From: Stegostoma tigrinum
Lineage: Eukaryota
Assembly (NCBI RefSeq): GCF_030684315.1
Contig: NC_081362.1
Coordinates: 96,021,187-96,085,186 of the forward strand
Length of the DNA: 64,000 bases
Reading direction: 5' to 3'
Positions 13,120-25,200 of this stretch are shown one piece after another (position 1 is the first letter of the stretch; every line of letters starts with the position of its first letter). The notes beneath the pieces were generated by a model that had not been told where the DNA came from, searched no databases, and saw only the letters and a list, made by a program, of their open reading frames with translations. A program made the translations under genes and the position numbers.

Positions 13120-13475
13120 GATCATGAGTCACTGCATTCAAATGAAAAAAGTATTTAGGTATGATCAGGACAAATTTAATTTCATTTCATTGTCATTGAT
13201 TGGTGAATTACTTTCCGAGGACAGTCCCAATTACTCATGCCTTCCTCTTTTCGTGGTTTTTATTCAAGCTGTAACAACTGAATAGAGAAGTAGAGTGAAA
13301 TGCAGCCACGTCTGCAATATTGGCAGTGTCACAGCAAGGCAAAACAGCAAGGCATTTAGAATTCGAGAAATAAGTTCGCTTAATATGTCTGTTCACTTAA
13401 AATTCTCAACCCTGACTCTGATCCTCTGCCTCACAGTGGGTAAGTAAATGTTCAGGACTGGCTTTTCATTTTCAT
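13120..13475 (+). promoter_or_regulatory. Putative proximal promoter of the receptor gene (AP-1, PU.1/ETS, ISRE-like motifs)
   Basis: TGAGTCA at 13125-13131; CTTCCTCTTTT (reverse complement AAAAGAGGAAG, PU-box) at 13241-13251; TTTCATTTTC ISRE core at 13464-13473. All lie in unique sequence around exon 1. Short motifs like these can occur by chance. Confidence 0.35.
13385..13439 (+). CDS. Exon 1: signal peptide MSVHLKFSTLTLILCLTV(G)
   Basis: ATG with A at -3, hydrophobic core, donor G|GTAAGT at 13440. Phase 1 matches the V1 acceptor, giving the classic split leader (...TVG-RVDT|QTTLLQSP). Lies in a non-repetitive island. Its link to the V exons 24.5 kb away is inferred. Confidence 0.75.
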
Positions 13476-16262
13476 TACATTTTTGAGTTTGATTAATGTA
13501 TCAGACAGAAGTATGTGGGTTGGGTATTTTGTTGTCACATTGTTTTGTTCCAGAACTGAGATCTTAATTTGGTTTTGTTGTGGTTCAGTGGGCAAATAAT
13601 ATGTCATATTTGACACTGAGTGACACAGGTCAGTTGTTAGTATGTAGGAGGTGACCGAATTTGGAGAGAAATCATCTCACTTGCAATTTTCTTCAAGGTT
13701 GAAAAATCATTCAGCTGTTTTATGCAGACTTTTGATGAACAGTCGCTGTCATGAGGCAATGGAATACGGGCACCATTGGTAAGGTCATGACAATATTATC
13801 TGAAAGGAAAAGCCTACATGAGAATCAGAGATAGTGTAAAAGAAAAGGAAAAAGGAAACAAGGGGATGAGATGAGGAGGAATTTCTTCAGCCAGAGGCTG
13901 GTGAATCTGTGAAACTCATTGCCAGAGAACAGAGAATAGATTTGAAAAACATAACAGCCATGATCAAATGGCAGATGAGACTCAATAAGCCAAATGGTTT
14001 AATTCAGTTCCTATGTCTAATGGTCTTATGGATTTGGAGAAAATGTGAACGTGAATACAGAAAGTAGCTTGTGTAGAAGGTAAAAAGAAATCTTTTCAAT
14101 TATGTGAAGAGGAAATAAGTGGCTTAGTTGGACCGTGGGCCCACCAAGGATAGATGTTGGCAATAATGATTAAAGAAGAAATTGCCAGGCTTCTCATTGA
14201 AAACTTTGCAGCCCATCCAAACTCAAAAAAATGGAATTACATTGTTTTTACATTGGTTTAAGAAATGAAGTAGCCATCAGGCTTGGAGATGAATAACTCT
14301 GCATGACCTGATTTCTGTGTCAGGACATTAACAAGACAGAAGAGAAAATGATGATGGTGTTCACATCATATTTGAAATTTTGTAAAACTGGAGATTATGT
14401 TCTTGAAATTGAAAGCCACAAATGTCACTTTATGTTTGAAGAAAGGAAGGAAGCAGTCAACAAATATTTACCAGTGTGCGTGTGCTTCGTGTTGGGTTGA
14501 GGCAAGTTACCAGAATATAGAGTGATAAGCTGTAGCAGCAAAAGGAGGCGATTCAGCCTATCAAGTCTGCTCTGCCATTCAATTAGATCATTGCTGACCA
14601 ATTCTGCTTTCCTGTCTTTTCCCAATAACTCTTGATTTCCTGGAATGATTAAAAAAATGTCTATCTCAACATTGAATCAGAGATGGAGAGATTGAACATA
14701 TGGGCAAGTATAATCAATCTGTCTGAAGTGTCCCTATTGATTTGTGAAAGGTTGGTCACACCTGCTGATCTAGTTGAATGTGTTTAGCAGGTTGTCACTG
14801 GACTAAACAGGGCAGTGTATATGGGTTCAACCAAACTGGTCGTGACCCCAAGAATGTGTGAAGTATTATTTTTAACAAGGATAATGGGAGTCTGCACATT
14901 ACTTCATAAAGAGGCATCTAAATAGGGTTTGGTAGGTGTGAAGACATAGGTCACTAATGGCAGCGATACAGATAGACAAGTTCATAAAAAGCAACTCTGA
15001 CAGGACCATTTCAATTTGCGAGATGTAAGATACAAGAAGGTAATCTGAAGTTGCAGTTAACATTTGTCAGACCACTCCTGTGTTATGCATACCATTCTGT
15101 CCGTCATGTTGTGGAAATGATATAGAATTTCTGGAGAGAGTTGAGAAAATATTGGTAGGGAAAATGTTTGCAGAAATATGGGTGCCCAGTGTATTAATCA
15201 AGAGAAAATTAACAGCATTGGCTTTGTTATGTTTGAAAACAGATGTGACCTAATAGGAATAATTAATGCAATTTGTGGTGAAGAGGAACTGCCCATACCC
15301 TTAGACCAGGAGGCCTGGGCTCAAGTCCCCACTTGGTCCAGAGGTGTATAATAACAAGTTTGAACAGGTTGGTCAGAAAAATAGGGAGAAGCTTCATTTC
15401 TGTTTCTAATTTTCTACAACATCGCTAGAAGTCATCAATGTAAGAAAATCACAAAGGTACTGCATCAAACAGGGAGTGCTGCGTATGTTACCCTCATTGC
15501 CACAGAGATTGTTTGAGGTAATTTAGATACAATTTAAAGGAAACCCAGACCCTTTAAAGAAGGGAGAAGTGAGTAGAGAGTTAAAATGATGGCTTGAGCT
15601 AGGGAAAGAAAGGACGAGGCTTGAAAAATCTTTGACATGAATGTAGGCTGACTGTTGGGCTGAATGGCCTATTCAATTTCTGTACCTTTAGAGAATTTGA
15701 CAACCTATTTATGGTATTATTGTGAGGCTATTAATCCAGAGACACAGGTGGTGTTCTGAGGGCAGAAGTAGAAATTGTTGGAGAAACTCAGCAGGAGTGG
15801 TAACGCCTGCCAGAAAGAAAAATAGATTGAGCACTTTGAGTCCAGTAACCTTTCTTTTCTTTCATTCATTCATGGGACGAGGGCGTCACTGGCTAGACCA
15901 GCATTTATTGCCCAGCCCTACTTGCCCAGAGGGCAGTTACGAGTCAATCACATTGCTGTGGGTCTGGAGTCAGGTGTAGGCCAGACCAGGTAAGGATGGC
16001 AGTTTCCTTCCCTAAAGGGCATTAATGAGCTAGACAGGTTTTCCTTCAACAATTAGCAATGGATTCATGGCAAACATTAGATTGTTAATTCCAGGTATTT
16101 ACTGAATTCAAATTCCACCATTTGCCATGGCTGGATTCAAGGCTGGGCCCCCAGAATGTTCCCCGGGTCTCTGGATTAACAGTCTAGTGATAATATCACT
16201 AGCCCATTGCCTCCCATCTACTAGAGTTTCGTGGGAGAGAATAGAGGACTGGAGATGATGCC

Positions 16263-16294
<32 letters not shown>

Positions 16295-19200
16295 TGAAAG
16301 GCAAACAATGAGAATGCCTATTCTTTTCATCTATCTCTTTCTGGGCACTGTCTCCTTGTCCTTTCTTCTCTTCTCCCTACCCTCTGCAAACCCCATCATC
16401 ATCAAAAATGCCACCCTTCCCTGGCTATCTTCAGTTTTGACAAAAGATCACTGGACTCTTTCTTTCTCTCCACAGATGCTGCCAGACCTATGGAGTTTCT
16501 CCAGAAATTTCTGCTTTTGTTTCTCCAGCACCTGCAGTTCTTTGTTTTTATTTCAGATAGGCTGGGGTTGCTTTCCTTCGAGCAGCCAAGGTTGACATGG
16601 GACAAGATAGAGATGTGTAAAAGTACTACAGGCTTTATGGGGTAGATAGGAAGGCAACTTTTCCACCAGTGGAGGGGTCAGTAACTTGGGGTGGGGGAAA
16701 GCCCAGAGATGTAAGGTGAGAGGTGGAAGGCTAAGAAGAAAATTGAGGAGAAAGTTTTCACTCAGAGGCTGTGGGAGTCTGGAGGTCACTTATTAAAAAG
16801 GTGATTGAACCAGAAGCTCTTGAAACATTGACTAACTGCACCTCAGAGACCTGCAACACAGAAAAAGGCTTGACAGCCTATCGTGTCTGTGCTGGTCAAA
16901 AACAACCATTTGACCATTCTAACCTCACTTTGCAGCAGGCTAGGTGGGTTAGTCATGGTAAATACAGAGTTGCAGGAATAGGATAAGGGGCTGATTGCTC
17001 TTCAGCAAATTGGTACGGACTCAATGGGCCAAATGGCCTCTTTCTGCACTGTAATCATACAAACTGTACAGTGCTGAAACAGGCCATTCAACTCATTGAG
17101 TCCACACTGACCCTCTGAACAGCATCCCACCCAATCCCCAAATGGAATTTTTAACATGGCGAACTCACCTAATTTGCACACCCCTGGACTCTGCAGGAAA
17201 TTTTTAGCATGGTCAACCTACCTAACCTGCACTCTTTACACCATGGGAGGAAACCAGAGCACCTTCAGAAAGCCCATGCAGAGGCAAGGGGAATGTACAA
17301 ATTCCACACAGACTGTCAACCAAGGCTGGAATCAAACCTGAGTCACTGGCACTGTGAGGCAGCAATGCTAACCATGGAGCCACCATGCCACCCTTACAAA
17401 TAAGAATACAATTGAGAAGTTTTAGATTCACTGAACTCACTATATTAGAACATTCAAATTAATATTAATTGTCCTCTTGGACACCAATGTCATAAAATTG
17501 TCCAAGATATCTAAGTGTTTAGATTTTTCGTTGGGTAATGAAGAGCCCATTGAAATTGTATCAGAGATAATGGGAACTGCAGATGCTGGAGATTCCAAGA
17601 TAATAAAATGTGAGGCTGGATGAACACAGCAGGCCAAGCAGCATCTCAGGAGCACAAAAGCTGACGTTTCGGGCCTAGACCCTTCATCAGAGAGGGTGAG
17701 GGAACTGGAATAAATCCCCTCCCTACCTCCCCACCTACACCCTCTCCACCTATCTTCTTTACTCTCCATCTTCGGTCCGCCTCCCCCTCTCTCCCTATTT
17801 ATTCCAGTTCCCTCCCCCCATCCCCCTCTCTGATGAAGGGTCTAGGCCCGAAACGTCAGCTTTTGTATCTCAGGCAACCAGCTTGTAACTGATGTCCATT
17901 TCAAGCCCACCGACTCCCACAGCTACCTAGAATACACCTCCTCCCACCCACCCTCCTGCAAAAATTCCATCCCCTATTCCCAATTCCTCCGCCTCCGCCG
18001 CATCTGCTCCCACGATAAGACATTCCACTCCCGCACATCCCAGATGTCCAAGTTCTTTAAGGACCGCAACTTCCCCCCCACGGTGATTGAGAACGCCCTT
18101 GACCGCGTCTCCCGCATTTCCCGCGACACATCCCTCACACCCCGCCCCCGCCACAACCGCCCCAAGAGGATCCCCCTCGTTCTCACACACCACCCTACCA
18201 ACCTCCGGATACCACGCATTATCCTCCGACACTTCCGCCATTTACAATCCGACCCCACCACCCAAGACATTTTTCCATCCCCACCCCTGTCTGCTTTCCG
18301 GAGAGACCACTCTCTCCGTGACTCCCTTGTTCGCTCCACACTTCCTCTACATTGGGGAAACCAAGCGGAGGCTTGGGGACCGCTTTGCAGAACACCTCCG
18401 CTCAGTTCGCAACAAACAACTGCACCTCCCAGTCGCCAACCATTTCCACTCCCCCTCCCATTCTCTTGATGACATGTCCATCATGGGCCTCCTGCACTGC
18501 CACAATGATGCCACCCGAAGGTTGCAGGAACAGCAACTCATATTCCGCCTGGGAACCCTGCAGCCATATGGTATCAATGTGGACTTCACCAGTTTCAAAA
18601 TCTCCCCTTCCCCCACTGCATCCCTAAACCAGCCCAGTTCATCCCCTCCCCCCACTGCACCACACAACCAGCCCAGCTCTTCCCCCCCACCCACTGCATC
18701 CCAAAACCAGTCCAACCTGTCTCTGCCTCCCTAACCGGTTCTTCCTCTCACCCATCCCTTCCTCCCACCCCAAGCCGCACCCCCAGCTACCTACTAACCT
18801 CATCCCACCTCCTTGACCTGTCCGTCTTCCCTGGACTGACCTATCCCCTCCCTGATGAAGGGTCTAGGCCCGAAACGTCAGCTTTTGTGCTCCTGAGATG
18901 CTGCTTGGCCTGCTGTGTTCATCCAGCCTCACATTTTATTAGCCCATTGAAATTGATTATTTTTGCTTTAGATGTTCATTTGGTTAATGGCTCCAGAGCT
19001 GACTAATGGCTGGTCCAAAAATCCTCCTAATGAAAATGGAGTGGCTGAGGCTGAGGGGAGACTTGATAGAAGTTTATAAAATTATGAGATACATAGATCA
19101 GTTTGATGGTTCGAATCTTTTTCCCAGTGTTGAAATGTCTAATACTAGGAGCTGTGCATTTAAAGTGATTAGATTCCCTACAGTGTGGAAACAGGCCCTT

Positions 19201-22200
19201 CAGCCCAACAAGTCCACACTGCCCCTTGAAGCACCCCACCCAGACCCATCCCCCTATAACTCACACACCCCTGAACACTACGGGCAATTTAGCACAGCTG
19301 ATCCACGTAGCCTGCACATTTTTGGACTGTGGGAGGAAACCAGAGCACCCAGAGGAAACCAATGGCGAGACATGGGGAGAATGTGCAAACTCACGCAGAC
19401 AGTTGCCTGAGGCTGGAATCGAACCTGGGTCCCTGAGGCTATAAGGCTGCAGTGCTAACCACTGAGCCACTGTGCCACCCCAGTGAGAGGGGACAAATTC
19501 AAAGGAGATGTGAGGGGCAAGTTGTTTTGCACAGGGTGGTAGGAGGTTGGAATGTACTGCCAAGGGTGGTGATGGTGGCAGGTATAATAGGGGAATTTTA
19601 AGGGGCTTTTAGATAAACACATGAATATGGAAGGAATGAAGGGGTATAGACCAAAGGCATGCAGAAGGTATTAGTTTAATTTGGCGTCATGCTTGACACA
19701 ACATCGTCGGCCGAAGGGCCTGTTCCAATGCTGTACCGTTCTCTGTTCTACTGAAAACAACTTCAAGCTGTTCAAACATTTCTTCATTGCATCTGTTCTT
19801 GAAGTGTAGAAATTTCCTTTTCACAAACCGTATTTCCTCAATCTCTTTTGAAATATGTCAGTAACTTACAGCTAAATTGAAGACTGAGCAATTCTTTAGC
19901 AAGAGAACATTGTGAAAAAGAAGTAAAACTCTGGGGAATTGCAGCAATAAACATCTTTATAGAAATGTTCTGGTAAACAAAATCTTCTTTATTTTTACAA
20001 CTCAATTGGTCAGCAGGTCATGCCTGAGAAGGATTGGGTATAGGAGTGCAATACAGGATATTGTCCACCAAATTCCCTCTTTGGGGGGATCAGCGGAAAG
20101 TGGATAACCTGAGGATGTTTTCTCTTGCCTGGGAGTCAGAAACAAGTGACCACAGTTTCACAAGAACAATTCTACCTTTTAAAGCAAAGACGTGGAGAAA
20201 TTATTTCTTTGAGGGAAGTTGGATTGTGGAATTATCTCCACCAGATCTAGTGGAGGCTGGGTGATTGAGATTATTGAAGATTGCGTTCAGTCGAGTTTTG
20301 ATAGTCAGGACTGCAGGGTTAGGAACATTGAAAGAGTGAGGTTAAGAGCAGGAATGGATCATTCACGTCTGCTTTGATATTCATTATGATCATGGCTGAT
20401 CATCCAACTCAGTAGACAGTTCCTGCTTTCTCCCTATATCCTTTGATCCCTTTCCCCCAAGTGCTATATCCAACTCCTTCTTGAAATAGTAAAATGTTCT
20501 GACCTCAACCACTCTCTGGGTAACTTGTTTGGCTAGTGCACAGACAATGGGTCAGACAGGTTGTTTTCATGCTATTCTCTGTATAATAATATTTAATTCT
20601 CTGTATAATAATATTTAATTCTTTCATGACTTGGACATATCTGGCTGAACGAGTATTTATTGCTTGTCCCTAGTTGCCCCTTAAAGGTGGTGTTAAGCTG
20701 TCTTCTTGGTCTGCTGCAATCCATGTAGGTTAAGCCATCATGCCCTTTGGAAAGGGAATTCCATGATTTGGACCCAGTGACGTTGAAGGAGCAGTGGTTC
20801 TTGTGACTATATGTCCCTTTCAGGATTGTAAATCCAGCTTCAAAACCTCATACTTAAATTATTTTCACATCATATTTAAATGATTTTCTGTTTCCGTCAC
20901 TCACAGGACCAACTATTTTAGGCCCTTCAGTTTCTTTGTTTCATTCCATCCCTCTTGATATTCCCCTTGAACCTCCTCTCCTCCTTTCTGATGGAGTAAA
21001 CATTGATAAATGCCACATCCCTGTAGGGTTTCACCCAAATGACAAGCAGTTAAAGTGACCCTTGGTGAACAGTCTGGAAGAGTTAGAGTTTTAACTTTTT
21101 ACTTTGGGGTCCCAGCACAATAGACAAAGGAATCACACTGGGAAGATGTTTAGCGAGCTCTTTGATTGAAGCACTGCAGGGTCTTTCTAGTAAGTTTTTG
21201 CCAAGTCTGGATACGGAGTTTGAAGTCTTGCTCTCCTAACTCTGAATTCCAAGGGCAGTTACAGAACTGCTTCAGACCTGACTAGAATGAGGCACTTCAG
21301 TTTCTACCTGCCTCATGCAAAACCATGGTTAGAGACTTCCTTTTACCCCTTTTGCAGGAACCAACTGCTCATTTTTTTTATGTGTTTCCGTGTTTCACTC
21401 ACTTCCTTGTTCAGTTTTTCTTTATTCGATGCCTTCAGTTGAGGATTTCTCAACTTCTGTAAAACCCAGAAAGGTTTCCTTTCTTGTTGAAGTTCCTGTT
21501 ATGTTTCTATTTCAGTGTTGCTCATTTTTTGAAGCTGTCTACAAAAGAAGCAAGTTAATTTATTGATTCTCTTCAACTTCAAACTTCCATTTCCTTGATA
21601 AACATGAATCAGCTGTGTTTCTTCTTGACAGTTTGCGAGCTGCTCGCATAGCTTTACCTTTAAGACCATAAAACTGTCAGAAAGAGAATAAGGAGTAGGC
21701 TATTCAACACTTTGAGCCTGCTCTGCTATTCGATAGGGTCATGATATGAAGGTGCCAGTGTTGGACTAGGGTGGGCAAAGTCAGAAGCCACATGACACCA
21801 GCGATTATCCTGCAGGTTTATCTGAAATCTGCAATTGCTGATTTCAAATAAATCTGTTGGATTATAGCCTGGTATAAAGTGACTTCTGATACTAAGATAA
21901 TAGCTGATCAGATTCTTTTATGTATTTGCCCATGGAACGTGGGTGTCTCTGGCAGGGCTAGCATTTATTGTCCATTCCTAACTGCTCAGATGTACCTTGA
22001 TTTTGCTTTGAAGTTTGAGCCTTTCCTCATAATTATTTTGCCATTTTTCTGTTTGTCCCCTGAAACTAACCTTTTCCTCTGCAGATTTGCAATTTCTCCA
22101 ATTTCTGTGTTGATTCCCATTTTGCCATTTTATAACATGTCTGTGTGAGAGGTCCGGATTGTGATTTCTCTTTTTTTTTGATACTTGACATTCTTTTAGA

Positions 22201-25200
22201 TAAACCTTGATGGTTACCAGAATACTACTGTTGAATTCCTCCATGACCATGATTTCCTTCAAACCCTCGAAATTCTTTTCTAACTTTGATCAAAACTACC
22301 AATCCCATAATTTTATTTTCTCTCATACATTCTACAAATTTTTGGTAAAGTTTATTCTGTAAAACACTGAAAACTAATTTTTTAAATTTTAGGAATAAGC
22401 ATTGAGTGTTCATGTTTAAAAACTTCAGAGTCTGTAGATTGTTCTTCTGGTAAACTGGTGTACACATATCTGTATCCATCAGGACATTCGTTAAAATTAA
22501 GGTTCAAATATCTTTTCATCACTTCAACATCTCAGCCATATTTTAAAATGATGAAGGCAGAGCACAGGACTTTGTATGGACTTCAACAAGGCATTCGGCA
22601 ATGTTCCACTTAGGAGATACTTTAGTGAGGTTAGATCACAGGGAATCCAAGGACAACTATCAATTTGGATGTTATTTGGACTGTAATGGGTGATGTCCCA
22701 CAAAGTTCGGTGCTGGGTCCACTGCTTTTTGTCATTTATATAAATATAATAGACAATAGACAATAGACAATAGGTGCTGGAGTAGGCCATTCAGCCCTTT
22801 GAGCCAGCACCACCATTCATTATGATTATGGCTGATCATCCACAATCAGTATCCTGTTCCTGCCTTATCCCCATAACCCTTGATTCCTCTATCTTTAAGA
22901 GATCTATCCATCTCTTTCTTGAAAGTATTCAGAGAGTTGGCCTCCAACTGCCTTCTGGGGCAGAGCATTTCATAAATCCACCACTCTCTGGGTGAAGACG
23001 TTTTTCCTCAACTCTGTTCTAAATGGCCTACCCCTTATTTTTAAACTGTGGTCTTTTTAAAATGGTCTTGATGTGACTATAGGAGGAATGATTAGTGAGT
23101 TTGTAAATGCCACCAAAAATGGTGGTGAAGTGGACAGTGAAAATGGTTATTTCAGAGTACAATGGGCTGAGTGGCAGAGAGGTTTAATCCAGATAAATAT
23201 GAGGTGTTGCATTTTGGGATTTTATTCATTCATGGGATGAAAGTACCACTGGTTAGGCCAGCATTTATTATCTATCCCTAATTTCCCATAGGGAATTTAA
23301 GAGTCAACCACATGTCCGCTGGGAGTCACATGTAGACCAGATGAGGGAAGGTTGGCAGTTTCTTTCCCTAAAGAACATTATTGATTGATTGACAGTCACT
23401 TGTACTGAAGTACAGTGAAAAGCTTTGTTTATGAGCAGTCCAGGCAGATCACAGTATAGGTCAAAGCATCGTAGACAGAGGTACATAGAACATAGAACAT
23501 AGAACAGTACAGCACAGAACAAGCCCTTCAGCCCACGATGTTGTGCTGACCATTGATCCTCATGTATGCACCCTCAAATTTCTGTGACCATATGCATGTC
23601 CAGCAGTCTCTTAAATGACCCCAATGACCTTGCTTCCACAACTGCTGCTGGTAACGCATTCCATGCTCTCACAACTCTCTGTGTAAAGAACCCGCCTCTG
23701 ACATCCCGTCTATGCTTTCCTCCAACCAGTTTAAGACTATGACCCCTTGTGTTAGCCTTTTCTGCCCTGGGAAATAGTCTCTGGCTATCAAATCTATCTA
23801 TGCCTCTCATTATCTTGTATACCTCAATTAGGTCCCCTCTCCTCCTCCTTTTCTCCAATGAAAAGAGACCGAGCTCAGTCAACCTCTCTTCATGAGATAA
23901 GCCCTCCAATCCAGGCAGCATCCTGGTAAACCTCCTCTGAACCCTCTCCAAAGCATCCACATCTTTCCTATAATAGGGCGACCAGAACTGGACGCAGTAT
24001 TCCAAGTACGGTCTAACCAAAGTTTTATAGAGCTGCAACAAGATCTCATGACTCTTAAACTCAATCCCCCTGTTAATGAAAGCCAAAACACCATATGCTT
24101 TCTTAACAACCCTGTCCACTTGGGTGGCCATTTTAAGGGATCTATGTATCTGCACGCCAAGATCCCTCTGTTCCTCCACACTGCCAAGAATCCTATCCTT
24201 AATCCTGTACTCAGCTTTCAAATTTGACCTTCCAAAATGCATCACCTCGCAATTATCCAGGTTGAACTCCATCTGCCACCTCTCAGCCCATCTCTGCATC
24301 CTGTCAATGTACCGCTGCAGCTTACAACAGCCCTCTATACTGTCAACGACACCTCCGACCTTTGTGTCGTCTGCAAACTTGCTGACCCATCCTTCAATCC
24401 CCTCATCCAAGTCATTAATAAAAATTACAAACAGTAGAGGCCCAAGGACAGAGGCCTGTGGAACATCACTCACCACTGACTTCCAGGTTACATTGCACAG
24501 GTTATGGCACTTGGCAAGATCAATCATTATTTGGGGCTAGAGACTCCACTCATCAGTCTAATAACAACCAGGAAGAAGTCGTTCCTGAACCTGCTGATGC
24601 ACGTATTCAGACTTTTGTATCTGAGCCATATTGGTTTTTCCACAACAATGGTTATAAATTAAATTCTTAAGTCCAGATATTTTGTTGAACTCGAATTCCA
24701 CTAGCTGCTGTGGTTGGGATTTGAATTTAGGCCTCCACGATATTACCTACGTTAACAGTCCAGTGATAACACCACTAGGCCATTACCACTCATCCATCAA
24801 ATGGGATAGTAAAGAAGACATTTTGTATACTTGCTCTTATTGGTCAGTGCATTGATTATAGGAGTTGAAATGTCCTGTTGTGGCTGTAAAGGAAGTTGGT
24901 TAGGCCACTTTTGGAGTATTGCTTTCAATTCTGGTCTCGCTGTGAGAGGAGGGATGTTGTTAACCTTGAAACAGTGCAGAAAAGACTCACAACTCCAGGT
25001 TGCTGGAGTTGGAGGGCTTGAGCAACAGGGAGAATCTGAATAGGCTGGAGTTATTTTCCCTGGAGCATTGGAGACTGGCGGGGTGACCTTATTGAAGTTT
25101 ATAAAATCGTATGGGGCATTTGTCCCAATGTGGGGAAGCCCAAAACTAGAGGCCATCTGTTTAAGGCGAGAGAGAAAAGATTTATAAAGGACTTAAAGGG

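Larger units (their letters stand above)
17559..18940 (+). mobile_element. Penelope-like element (Neptune-type; RT thumb + GIY-YIG) with inverted 5' pLTR and 15-bp TSD
   Basis: LYIGETKRRLGDRFAEHLRSV. AGCCCATTGAAATTG at 17544-17558 and 18941-18955. Three hammerhead cores. Confidence 0.92.

Noticed and set aside
19400-19480. tRNA gene-like A/B boxes
   Set aside because: This is the tRNA-derived head of an HE1 SINE, followed by the V-SINE core and tail.
23574-24527. 317-aa ORF as a host gene
   Set aside because: It is a 5'-truncated CR1 reverse-transcriptase C-terminus with a CR1 tail.
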